32,000 nt of DNA, taken from contig CP001848.1 in assembly GCA_000025185.1 (NCBI GenBank), positions 1,740,001 to 1,772,000 on the forward strand. Direction: 5' to 3'. How positions within the stretch are numbered: position 1 is the first letter of the stretch; each line of letters begins with the position of its first letter. This DNA comes from Pirellula staleyi DSM 6068 (GTDB lineage: Bacteria > Planctomycetota > Planctomycetia > Pirellulales > Pirellulaceae). A model generated the notes under the pieces. That model saw only the letters and a list, made by a program, of their open reading frames with translations, searched no databases and was not told the origin of the DNA. The position numbers and the translations under genes were made by a program. Positions 15,173 to 24,090 of this stretch are shown in pieces.

Positions 15173-16747
15173 TCAGCTATCGGCATCGTCTTGGGGACGT
15201 TTTGTTCCCGAGAAATAGTCGCGGGCTTTCGTCAGCAAACTCCAGAGCTCGGCGGGAGTGGTGAGTCGATCCCATTCGCGCCGCGCTACGTTGGCGAGTC
15301 CACCGGCCGGGAACTGCATCTCGTTGCGGAAGTAGACGATGAACACTGCTCCGATCCAGCGCGTCACCAGCGCTTGCACAACACCTTGCAGCACACCGCC
15401 CGCGAGTGTTCCTGCGAGTGGAATCGATTTGAGCATACTCGCGACAGCCGATGTGACCGCTGGAGCTGCAGCATTCACCCCAAGAATCGCAATCAGGTTC
15501 TTGCCTAGTTCTGCGAGAAGTCGCGATGCGGCCGACATATCGATCGGCTGTCGATAAACGCGCGCAATCTCGACCACCATTTTCAGCGAAATGGCCGAGC
15601 CCACCACCAAATCGAGCGCCATCGGCGCGACAGCAGCAGCGGCACCAGCGCCCCACATATGCTGGTCGACGATTTGCCAGGCACGCTTGTCGAGCGCTAG
15701 GCGAACACGCTCGCGCGCTTCTTCGACAAGGCCCCGCGAGCGGAGCAGCAAGTTGGCCAGCAGCAGTTCTTTCCCGTCGCGGGCGACAACTTTCTCGAGC
15801 CGTCGCGCGAGTTCGTCGATATCGGCAGGCTGTTCGTAGGTCTCTTCTTTTTCGCCGCCACCGGCGAGCAGCCGGGTGCGGGTTCGTACGACGTTTTGCG
15901 AGGTCACGGTCACCACATCGGCGGCGGTCGTAATTCCTTGCAGTTGCTCGGCTAGTTGCCCGGCGAGTTTCGCGCGATCGGCGGGTGCATACCAGTCCTG
16001 CTTGTTCAGACAAACAATCACGCGCTTTTCCATCGCCTTGAGCCGCACCAGCAGCGCGTGCTCGTGATTCCGCAGCGGACCATCGACCACCAGCAGAACC
16101 AAGTCGGCATTGCGTGCCGACGCTGCTGTGACGATCAGCCGCTCGTCTCCATCGACCTCGGCCAGGCCCGGCGTATCGACCAGCAGCACGCGGTCGTCTC
16201 CTGGCCAGGGGACCTCTTGCCGCACGAGTGTCGTTCCACCGCGCGGATCGGTCGAAAAAATATCGCGGCCCGCCAGCGCATTGAGGAGCGAACTTTTGCC
16301 ACTGGAAATGCTGCCGAAGGCGACGATTTCGAGCACCTCGGCCGCTTGCTTTTGCTCGACATTTTGCACCAGCTTGTCGAGTTGCTCTTTGACGGCTGGG
16401 TCGACCGAGGCGTCGGCCGCCAGTTCCGAGACAGCGGCTAGATTTCCCGCCACTTGCGACTCTTTTTCACTCACACTCAGCTGGCTGGGGTTCTTTTCCG
16501 CTGCCGCCCGTGCCGACTTCTTTTGCGTGGTGTTGCGAACCAGTTTCCAGATCACCGTCCCCAGGGTCCCCAGCAGCAATGCTGCCCCCAGGCCCATCGC
16601 GCCGAGATAGAGGTAGTTCCAAGGTGGCGACAGGCTTTGCGCCCGCTCGTAGTGGTCCATCACTGTCGGCGGCAGCCACACCAGCAGCGCTCCAACTGCC
16701 GCGAGCGTCACCAGCAGCAGGATTCCTTGGAACGGTCGGAGCGACAT
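15173..16747 (-). CDS. Membrane-anchored P-loop GTPase with a DUF697-like C-terminal module, paralog 1 (524 aa)
   Basis: I prefer the ATG at 16747 (MSLRPFQGILLLVTLAAV...) over the GTG at 16834. It has two N-terminal TM helices. G1 is FGSISSGKSSLLNAL, G3 is LLVDTPGLAE and G4 is VCLNKQD. The C-terminal module includes VAPMALDLVVGSAISLKMVVEIARVY and IPLAGTLAGGVLQGVVQALVTRWIGAVFIVYF. Confidence 0.85.
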   Translation of the reverse strand: MSLRPFQGILLLVTLAAVGALLVWLPPTVMDHYERAQSLSPPWNYLYLGAMGLGAALLLGTLGTVIWKLVRNTTQKKSARAAAEKNPSQLSVSEKESQVAGNLAAVSELAADASVDPAVKEQLDKLVQNVEQKQAAEVLEIVAFGSISSGKSSLLNALAGRDIFSTDPRGGTTLVRQEVPWPGDDRVLLVDTPGLAEVDGDERLIVTAASARNADLVLLVVDGPLRNHEHALLVRLKAMEKRVIVCLNKQDWYAPADRAKLAGQLAEQLQGITTAADVVTVTSQNVVRTRTRLLAGGGEKEETYEQPADIDELARRLEKVVARDGKELLLANLLLRSRGLVEEARERVRLALDKRAWQIVDQHMWGAGAAAAVAPMALDLVVGSAISLKMVVEIARVYRQPIDMSAASRLLAELGKNLIAILGVNAAAPAVTSAVASMLKSIPLAGTLAGGVLQGVVQALVTRWIGAVFIVYFRNEMQFPAGGLANVARREWDRLTTPAELWSLLTKARDYFSGTKRPQDDADS

Positions 16748-16922
16748 AAAATTCGTGCGAGCCTTGACGGAGTTGCGACAATAGGGACGCCCAATCGGGC
16801 CAGAAATCTCTTCACGTCGGTTTGGACAAACCACTCGGTGCGGCGTTGCGGGGGCCCAACTCCCCCTGCTACCCTACCAAGGCATTCGCTCTAAACTCGG
16901 CCATCTTGTGTAAACCTCTATC

Positions 16923-19900
16923 ATGACTAAGCCGCCCGCGAGCGACAACCAACCCGCCACCTCCCCTGTCCTAGTCCCATCGGCCGAGGCTGAGACCAAT
17001 CAGGAACTCGTGGGCCAGTATGGCCTTGGGTCGATTGCGTTCCTCAGTCTGCTCGTCACGCAGTTCCTCACGGCGGTGAACGATAACATCTTCCGCTGGC
17101 TGGTGATCGGCGTCGCTAAGCAGTACGTCAAGGAAGAGGAGATCAGCTACGTTCTCGTCGGAGGGACCGCTGGCTTTGTCCTCCCCTATCTCGTGCTTGC
17201 TTCACCAGCGGGCTATTTGGCCGATCGATTCAGCAAGAGCTCGGTTATTTTCGTCTGCAAAGTGGCCGAAATTGTGATCATGGCGCTCGGCGTCGGCGCA
17301 ATTGCCCTGGGGCACGCCAATGAAACCTGGGCGTTCTATTCGATCTTCGCGGTCGTCTCGCTGATGGGTGCCCAGAGCGCCCTGTTTGCGCCGGCACGTG
17401 CCGGTAGCTTGCCCGAAGTGCTACGTCCCGAGTTGCTCTCGAAGGCAAATGGTTTTTTTGGTCTTGCGACGGTGATCGCGACGGTCATCGGAATGATCGT
17501 CGGCTGTAAAGTCTCCGACTACACCGTTCCCAAGGGGCTCGAGCATTTGTGGGTCACAGCAGCCGTGCTGATCGGAGTGGCTGTGGTCGGAACCATCACC
17601 GCTTGGCCCCTGAAGAAATTGCCCGCAGGCGCTCCGTGGCGCAAGTTCCCTTGGGACTTTCCCGTTCAAACCTATCGCGATTTGCGGACACTCGCCTCGA
17701 ACTTGCCGATGCTGCGGGTCGCGGTGGGCATTCTGTTTTTCTACGCCATCGGGTCCCTCGCGCAGCTGAACATCGACCAGCTTGCCACCGAAGGTGGCGC
17801 CAATGCCGAAAGTGACAAGGTGCCGCTCCTGCTCGCGCTCATCGCCGGTGTTTGCGTCGGCAATGTGCTGGCTGGCTATTGGTCGGGCGATCATGTCGAA
17901 CTCGGCATCCTGCCGCTCGGTGCCGCTGGCATCGCGCTCAGCTCGCTCCTGTTCTGCACCGTGCCAGTCGACCTGTTTCAGGAGAACGTCGCGATCTCCG
18001 GTGGGGTGATCTGGGCGATGGTGCTGCTGGTGACGCTCGGCATCAGCGCGGGGCTGTTTTGTGTCCCGCTCGAAGCCTATTTGCAGCATCGCAGCGAGCG
18101 CGCCTCGCGCGGTTCGATCCTCTCGGCCTCGAATTTTTTAACCTTTAGTGGGATCTGTTTGTCGTCGATCCTCTACGCCGTGCTCCGCATCCCATTTTGG
18201 TCGACAGCCGAGGGAACAAAGTCGGAACTCTTCTCCCCTCAGAGCGTGTTCCTGCTGTGCGGTCTGCTCACCATCGGGGTCTTCTTCTACATCGTGCTGC
18301 TCCTGCCGCAGGCGACAGTCCGATTCATGATGTGGCTGCTGGCGAGCACCATCTATCGCATCACGATCAAAGGTCGCCACAATTTGCCTGCCACCGGTGG
18401 CGCTCTCCTTGCGCCGAACCATATCACCTGGATCGATGGCCTGCTATTGATGCTCACCAGCTCGCGCCCAATTCGCATGGTGGCCTACGCGCCGAACATC
18501 GAGAATCCGTGGGTGAAACGACTCGCCGACATGTTTGGCGTCATTCCGATTCACCCAGCCCGACCCAAAACGATTGTGCAGGCCTTTCGAACCGCGCGCG
18601 AGGCGCTGGCAAATGGCGAGCTCGTCTGCATTTTCCCCGAAGGTGGCCTCACTCGCTCGGGACAAGTGCAAGCGTTTCGCCCCGGCACGATGAAGATCCT
18701 CGATGGGGTCGATGTGCCGGTCATCCCGGTCTATTTCGATGGGCTGTGGGGGAGTATTTTCAGCTTCGAGGCAGGCAAGTTCTTTTGGAAATGGCCTCGC
18801 CGCATACCGTATCCGATGAGTATTCACTTTGGACCGCCGATCGCAGCCGCGCAAGATATGCATGCGATTCGACAGGCCGTTCTCGCCCTTGGAAGTCAGG
18901 CAACGAAGGAGCGCTCCGCAGCTATGCTCTCGCCCACCCGCTGGATGATTCGTCAATGCAAGGCACGTAAGAAGACTTCCAAAATCGCCGACTCCATGGG
19001 GGGCGATCTCACCGGCGGCGAGCTGCTGGCTCGCGCCCTGGTGCTGCGCCGCTTGCTGCGCCGTGGTGTGCTGGCAAACGACGAAAAAATCGTCGGCGTT
19101 CTGCTGCCACCCTCCACCGGCGGCATGGTCGTCAACATGGCCCTTGCGCTCGATAAACGGGTCAGCGCCAATCTGAACTACACCGTCACCAGCGACGTGA
19201 TGAATGCCTGCATTGCGCAGGCCAAGATCAAGCACATCCTGACGAGTCGCAAGTTCATCGACAAACTGGGGGAGTTCAAGCTCGATGCCGAATTTGTCTA
19301 CCTCGAAGACTTCGCCACGAAACCGACCCTCCTCGACAAGATCGCTGCAGGACTAGCCGCCTACGTTCTGCCGACCTGGTGGGTCGAATCGTCCCTCGGT
19401 CTCCAAAGCATCAAGCCCGACGATGTGCTCACCATCATCTTCACCTCTGGTAGCACCGGCACACCCAAGGGGGTGATGCTGACACATCAGAACATCGGTT
19501 CCAACGTCGAAGCGATCGACCAAGTGGTGCGGCTGAAGTCGTCCGATGTCCTCGTCGGAATCCTGCCGTTCTTCCATTCGTTTGGCTACACCGTCACGCT
19601 ATGGGGTGTCGCGGCCCTCAACATCAAGGGGATCTATCACTACAGTCCGCTCGATGCCAAGCAGATTGGCAAGCTGACGAAAAAGCATGGGGGCACACTT
19701 CTACTGTCGACCCCGACGTTCATGCGCACCTACTTGCGCCGCTGCGAGAAAGACGAATTCGCCACGCTCGACGTCGTGGTTTGCGGGGCCGAAAAGCTGC
19801 CGAAAGAGCTCGCCGATGCGTACGAAGAAAAGTTTGGCGTCCGTCCTGTGGAAGGCTACGGCACCACCGAGCTTTCGCCCCTGGTGAGTGTGAACATTCC

Positions 19901-20519
19901 GCCGACACGTCGCGCCGACAATTTCCAAACCGACTGCAAAGAAGGTTCCGTGGGACGCACCGTTCCCGGAGTCTCGGCCAAAGTGCTCCACCCCGAAACC
20001 GGCGAAGTGTGCAAAGCAGGCGAGCCCGGCATGCTCTGGATCGGCGGGCCAAACGTCATGAAGGGGTATCTCGACCAGCCCGAACTCACTAATAAGGTGG
20101 TGAAAGAAGGCTGGTATCAAACAGGGGATATCGCCTACCTCGACGACGAAGGGTTCATCTTCATCACCGGCCGGCTGAGTCGTTTTTCGAAGATCGGCGG
20201 CGAAATGGTGCCGCATATCAAAATCGAAGAGTCGCTCATTCAGCTACTCGGCGAAGGGGAGGACGAAAAGCCGCGCATCGCCGTCACTTCGGTCTCCGAC
20301 GAGCGCAAAGGCGAGCGGCTGATTGTGCTCCACACACAGCTTCCCAAAACGACCGACGAACTCCGCAAGGGACTTTCGGAACTCGGCCTGCCGAACCTCT
20401 TCATCCCCGGCGCCGACGGCTTTCTGCTCGTGGACGAACTCCCCGTGCTCGGCACCGGTAAACTCGACCTCAAAGCGATGAAATCCCTCGCCGAAAAGCT
20501 AACTGCCGAAGAGGCGTAA
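16923..20519 (+). CDS. aas: Three-module fusion (1198 aa): MFS lysophospholipid transporter (LplT-like), PlsC-type acyltransferase, and AMP-dependent acyl-ACP synthetase (Aas-like)
   Basis: The N-terminal ~470 aa form about 12 hydrophobic helices with an MFS-like LADRFSK loop. The acyltransferase H(X)4D motif NHITWID lies at nt 18417-18437, followed by FPEGGLTR. The AMP-binding motifs are TSGSTGTPKG (nt 19443-19472), GYGTTE and YQTGDIAYLDDEGFIFITGR. In E. coli, lplT and aas are separate adjacent genes. Confidence 0.9.
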   Translation: MTKPPASDNQPATSPVLVPSAEAETNQELVGQYGLGSIAFLSLLVTQFLTAVNDNIFRWLVIGVAKQYVKEEEISYVLVGGTAGFVLPYLVLASPAGYLADRFSKSSVIFVCKVAEIVIMALGVGAIALGHANETWAFYSIFAVVSLMGAQSALFAPARAGSLPEVLRPELLSKANGFFGLATVIATVIGMIVGCKVSDYTVPKGLEHLWVTAAVLIGVAVVGTITAWPLKKLPAGAPWRKFPWDFPVQTYRDLRTLASNLPMLRVAVGILFFYAIGSLAQLNIDQLATEGGANAESDKVPLLLALIAGVCVGNVLAGYWSGDHVELGILPLGAAGIALSSLLFCTVPVDLFQENVAISGGVIWAMVLLVTLGISAGLFCVPLEAYLQHRSERASRGSILSASNFLTFSGICLSSILYAVLRIPFWSTAEGTKSELFSPQSVFLLCGLLTIGVFFYIVLLLPQATVRFMMWLLASTIYRITIKGRHNLPATGGALLAPNHITWIDGLLLMLTSSRPIRMVAYAPNIENPWVKRLADMFGVIPIHPARPKTIVQAFRTAREALANGELVCIFPEGGLTRSGQVQAFRPGTMKILDGVDVPVIPVYFDGLWGSIFSFEAGKFFWKWPRRIPYPMSIHFGPPIAAAQDMHAIRQAVLALGSQATKERSAAMLSPTRWMIRQCKARKKTSKIADSMGGDLTGGELLARALVLRRLLRRGVLANDEKIVGVLLPPSTGGMVVNMALALDKRVSANLNYTVTSDVMNACIAQAKIKHILTSRKFIDKLGEFKLDAEFVYLEDFATKPTLLDKIAAGLAAYVLPTWWVESSLGLQSIKPDDVLTIIFTSGSTGTPKGVMLTHQNIGSNVEAIDQVVRLKSSDVLVGILPFFHSFGYTVTLWGVAALNIKGIYHYSPLDAKQIGKLTKKHGGTLLLSTPTFMRTYLRRCEKDEFATLDVVVCGAEKLPKELADAYEEKFGVRPVEGYGTTELSPLVSVNIPPTRRADNFQTDCKEGSVGRTVPGVSAKVLHPETGEVCKAGEPGMLWIGGPNVMKGYLDQPELTNKVVKEGWYQTGDIAYLDDEGFIFITGRLSRFSKIGGEMVPHIKIEESLIQLLGEGEDEKPRIAVTSVSDERKGERLIVLHTQLPKTTDELRKGLSELGLPNLFIPGADGFLLVDELPVLGTGKLDLKAMKSLAEKLTAEEA

Positions 20520-20551
20520 CAGAACTTCACTCGTGATCGTTCCGGCTCATC

Positions 20552-20584
20552 CATCCGGCCCAGTGGTGGCCGGATGTTGCATTT
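20552..20584 (+). terminator. Hairpin terminator candidate after the LplT-Aas gene
   Basis: A perfect 9-bp stem CATCCGGCC / GGCCGGATG has a 7-nt loop and is followed by TTGCATTT. It lies 33 nt after the stop codon, between convergent genes. Confidence 0.45.
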
Positions 20585-20632
20585 ACAGAAGCCCTGGAGT
20601 GAGGTGGGTGAAGCTGGCTCGTCAAACGGATG

Positions 20633-21676
20633 CTACTTCACCCACTCGTAGCCTGCGGCGGTGAGCCTAAGGTCTTTGGCACCGCGATGGGTGTCGTAGA
20701 CTTCGTTCATTTCTTCAATCGAGTCGAAGTAGCCGACGATGTAAGCGGCCGAAAGTGTCTCGCCCGCTTTAATGGGGCGCTCACCCATTTCTTGGATAAA
20801 GCAGATATAGCTCCGCTGGTGGCACCAGGCCTCGCTCACAATCGTGGGGTCGAGCGTCATCCCGACAAGCCACGGACCAGCCGCCCCGGTCTTCGGGTCG
20901 CGCAGCTGATAGCCGCGAATCATCCGCTCGGGTGATTTGTCGAGTTTGGCAAAGGCATCGCGGCGGTAGTTGAACTTTTCGTCGGGGGCAAAGTTCACGA
21001 GGAACTCCTTCGACGGAATGAGCCCGATGTAGCTCAAATAGATCTGCGAGAAGGTGTCGCCCTCTTTGTGCTTCACGTGTCCCGGCATGTCGATGCGCAG
21101 GAACATCGCCTCGCTATCGTTCTTCGCATGTATCCGGTCGGAGGAGAAAAAGTAGCGTTTTCCTTCGGGAAAAACGATCGTTTGCTCCCACGTACTGCCG
21201 GTCTTTTTGCCAGGAGCAGCGGTCGTGTAAGCATACGACTGCTCGACTGCTACGAAGTCTTTACCCGTGGTTACTTTGGGCTCGAGCACCTTGGCCTGCG
21301 TGCAAATCTGCGGACCTTCGATCGAGCGCTTGGCGCGCTGGCCGTGATACTCGTTTCCAAATTGATAGACCATCTCGCTCGGCAGCTTTTCGCGATAGGC
21401 TTCGTCGCTACCTGGTTCCATGATCCAGTCGACAATATCGAGACCAAAGCCGGGATCGTGAAACCCGGTCTTCTTGTCGACGAAAGTCCCTGCCGCAATG
21501 CCGGTGACGTAGCCCTTCTTTTTGATCGTCGCGCTGAGGGTGGGCGTGGCGATGCGAATCGACTCGTCATCTTCGACGACGGTGGTCGGCGGGGCGACAC
21601 CTTCGAGCGGCAGGCAGGTGCTAACCCCCAGCGTTAAGAGGATCGAAACCAACAGCGATTGCAGCAGGCGAGTCAT
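20633..21676 (-). CDS. Secreted hypothetical protein (347 aa)
   Basis: It has a signal peptide (LLQSLLVSILLTLGVSTCLPLEG), a long ORF with coding-like composition, and only shadow ORFs opposite it. I did not recognise a family. Confidence 0.7.
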   Translation of the reverse strand: MTRLLQSLLVSILLTLGVSTCLPLEGVAPPTTVVEDDESIRIATPTLSATIKKKGYVTGIAAGTFVDKKTGFHDPGFGLDIVDWIMEPGSDEAYREKLPSEMVYQFGNEYHGQRAKRSIEGPQICTQAKVLEPKVTTGKDFVAVEQSYAYTTAAPGKKTGSTWEQTIVFPEGKRYFFSSDRIHAKNDSEAMFLRIDMPGHVKHKEGDTFSQIYLSYIGLIPSKEFLVNFAPDEKFNYRRDAFAKLDKSPERMIRGYQLRDPKTGAAGPWLVGMTLDPTIVSEAWCHQRSYICFIQEMGERPIKAGETLSAAYIVGYFDSIEEMNEVYDTHRGAKDLRLTAAGYEWVK

Positions 21677-21766
21677 CGAAGGGCTCCTCAGCAGAAGTAT
21701 GCGGCGAGGAGCGCAAGTCTAAAGGAACCGATGTCGCGCTGGCAAACATTTTGCCGAGCGAGCCAG

Positions 21767-22099
21767 TTAGGACTCCGGCGAAAATTTCACTTCGCTGGCG
21801 ATTTCGCAGATTCGCAGGTGATACCAGCGATACCACTCGCTGCGGCCCCGCATCTGGGCTTCGCGATGTTCAGCCTCGTCGCGCCAAGCCTTGATGGCGG
21901 CGAGATCGGTCCAGTACGAGATGGTGATTCCCAGCCCATCGTTGCCGCGCACACTTTCGACATCGACAAAGCCGGGCATCAGCCGCGCGAGATGTTCCAT
22001 CCGCTCGGCCATCGCAGCGTACTCGGCATGACCTGTAGCTGTTCGCTGCGATGTAAAGATGACGGCATAGCGGGCCGGTGGGCGAATCTCGTGGTTCAT
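21767..22099 (-). CDS. Antibiotic-biosynthesis-monooxygenase (ABM) domain protein (110 aa)
   Basis: ATG at 22099 inside ORF 21767..22225. The pattern YAVIFTSQRT...PGFVDVESVRGNDGLGITISYWTDLAAIKAWRDEAEH is typical of the ABM ferredoxin-like fold. Confidence 0.75.
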   Translation of the reverse strand: MNHEIRPPARYAVIFTSQRTATGHAEYAAMAERMEHLARLMPGFVDVESVRGNDGLGITISYWTDLAAIKAWRDEAEHREAQMRGRSEWYRWYHLRICEIASEVKFSPES

Positions 22100-22158
22100 A
22101 AGGCGTGGAAGACCCCTGCGAGGTTCGCACTCCCCAGCTGCGAGCTTGTGCCCCGCAG

Positions 22159-22632
22159 TTAGGCGAGTTCCTGAAGCGCGGCCAGAACTTGCTCGTCGTG
22201 GCCGTCGACTTTGACCGCTTTCCACACCTTCTTAATCACACCATCGCCGCCGATGATGAAGGTGCTGCGAGCGATTCCCATCGACTTTTTGCCGTACATA
22301 TTCTTTTCACGCCAGGCTCCGAATTTTTCGGCGACGGCGTGATCGGGATCGGCCAGCAGCGGGAAGTTTAAGTTGAATTTGTCCCGGAACTTACCGTGGC
22401 TGGCGGCATCGTCGGGGCTGACGCCCAGCACCACCGCGCCGAGCTTCTTGAGGTCGGCTGCCTTGTCGCGAAACGCACAGGCTTCCTTGGTGCAGCCGGG
22501 GGTGTCGTCTTTGGGGTAGAAGTACAAAACGACTGGTTTCCCTTTGAAATCAGCCAGTTTCACTTTTTTGCCATCGTCGGCGACCAAAGTAAATGCCGGC
22601 GCTTTGGCGCCTTCTTCCAGCCACTCGCTCAT
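22159..22632 (-). CDS. bcp: Thiol peroxidase Bcp (peroxiredoxin, 157 aa)
   Basis: ATG at 22632. APAFTL...GKPVVLYFYPKDDTPGCTKEACAFRD is the canonical Bcp active-site region. Confidence 0.9.
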   Translation of the reverse strand: MSEWLEEGAKAPAFTLVADDGKKVKLADFKGKPVVLYFYPKDDTPGCTKEACAFRDKAADLKKLGAVVLGVSPDDAASHGKFRDKFNLNFPLLADPDHAVAEKFGAWREKNMYGKKSMGIARSTFIIGGDGVIKKVWKAVKVDGHDEQVLAALQELA

Positions 22633-22769
22633 GATGAAAACTCCGCAGGGATGCGCATTGCTACCGAGAATAAATCGAGACCGATCGAAGGCCACGCGAG
22701 CAACTTGGGTTCGCGCAGCCTCCTGTGTTCCACGATAGCGGCTGGTCAAGGGACCACCGTGAGTCGCAG

Positions 22770-23954
22770 TTACTTCTCGACCGAGAATTGGTGGACGGTG
22801 GTCGATTGATACTTCGCGCCGGGCTTGAGCACAGTGCTTGGAAAGGCAGGTTGGTTCGGCGAATCGGGATAGTGCTGCGTCTCGAGGCAGAACGCTTCGT
22901 GCTGCTTAAATCCGCCGCCACCTTCGCTCCCATCGAGGAAGTTGCCGCAGTAGAGCTGGATACCAGGTTCGGTGGTGCTGATCGTCATCACGCGGCCACT
23001 CTTGGGGTCTTTCACCGTGGCGGCGAGCGCGAGCTTGGCGTCCTGATTACGGAGGACGTAGCAGTGGTCGTAGCCCTTGGTGGTGTGTGGTTCTTTTTTC
23101 AGCTCATCGATGCGGGCGCCGATCTTCTCGGTCTTGGTGAAGTCCATCGCGGTTCCCTTCACCGGGGCGAGTTCGCCGGTGGGAATGCCACCTGCATCGA
23201 CAGGCAGAAATTTGTCGGCCTCGATCTGTAAGTGATGATCGAGAATCTGTCCACTTCCTGCTCCGCCGAGATTCCAGTAGCAGTGATTCGTGAGGTTCAC
23301 GACCGTCGCTTTGTCGGTGGTAGCTTCGTACTCCATCCGAAGTTCGTTGTCTTTGGTCACACTGTAGGTGACTTGGGCCCGAAGGTTGCCGGGATAGCCT
23401 TCCTCTCCATCCTTGCTGGTGTAGCTGAACTTGATCCCGACGCTGCTGTCGGTCTTCACTTCTTCCGCGTTCCACACCACTGCATCGAAGGCCTTAAGAC
23501 CACCGTGCAAGTGATTCGGGCCATTGTTCACGGCCAGGGTGTACTCCGCGCCGTCGAGTTTGAACTTTCCTTTGGCAATGCGATTGCAGTAGCGACCGAC
23601 GGTGCTGCCAAAATAAGGATGACGCTCGAGATAGCCTGTTGGCGATTCAAAGGAAAGGGTGAGGTTGGTGAACTTCCCCTCGCGATCGGGCGATTCGACA
23701 CTCACCACAGTTGCGCCGTAGTTAATCAGCTTGACGCGCAGACCGCTCCCATTGTCGAGCGAGTACATCTCCATCGGGGTGCCATCTTTGGTTTTGCCAA
23801 TCGAATGCTTTGCGATGCTCATGGATTTCTTAGTTGCAGGAGAGGAGGAATCGTCGGCTGCCAGTGCTGGCGCGAAGGTGCTACTAACCAGTAGCAGCGT
23901 GCCGAGGATGAGGACGCCGACAGAGATGCCAAATGGACTGAAAAATCGCAACAT
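22770..23954 (-). CDS. galM: Aldose 1-epimerase (galactose mutarotase), exported form (394 aa)
   Basis: I chose the ATG at 23954 (MLRFFSPFGISVGVLILGTLLLVSSTFAPALAADD, a signal peptide). The GalM motifs are GSTVGRYCNRIAKGKF, GPNHLHGG, NLTNHCYWNL and FCLETQHYPDSPNQPAFPS. The 81-codon upstream extension of the track ORF is not protein-like. Confidence 0.9.
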   Translation of the reverse strand: MLRFFSPFGISVGVLILGTLLLVSSTFAPALAADDSSSPATKKSMSIAKHSIGKTKDGTPMEMYSLDNGSGLRVKLINYGATVVSVESPDREGKFTNLTLSFESPTGYLERHPYFGSTVGRYCNRIAKGKFKLDGAEYTLAVNNGPNHLHGGLKAFDAVVWNAEEVKTDSSVGIKFSYTSKDGEEGYPGNLRAQVTYSVTKDNELRMEYEATTDKATVVNLTNHCYWNLGGAGSGQILDHHLQIEADKFLPVDAGGIPTGELAPVKGTAMDFTKTEKIGARIDELKKEPHTTKGYDHCYVLRNQDAKLALAATVKDPKSGRVMTISTTEPGIQLYCGNFLDGSEGGGGFKQHEAFCLETQHYPDSPNQPAFPSTVLKPGAKYQSTTVHQFSVEK

Positions 23955-24090
23955 GGGAGAGGTTTCCGCTACTGAAGTTGCTGGTTCGACGACGGCTGTT
24001 GGAACGGGGATCGGAGCAGAATTCTGCGCCGCTGTTCCAGCCAGTATCGCATTATGAAGCTCGCCGCGTGCGCCGTAAAGCAGCGGCCAA

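Noticed and set aside
15177-16013. 278-aa Arg-rich alternative-frame ORF, and several 60-170-aa ORFs across the GTPase genes
   Set aside because: They overlap the GTPase reading frames, which carry intact G1/G3/G4 motifs. Their composition (poly-Arg/Ala) is typical of off-frame translation in GC-rich genes.
17421-19235. ORFs of 222 aa and 263 aa antisense to the LplT-Aas gene
   Set aside because: They are shadow ORFs inside a 1198-aa gene that has three recognisable domains.
24001-24030. GGAAC at 24001 as the -35 of an autoregulated ECF promoter
   Set aside because: No CGTC/GTC-type -10 element lies at 16-17 nt spacing. The site is more than 220 nt from the sigma start and inside the galM 5' region.
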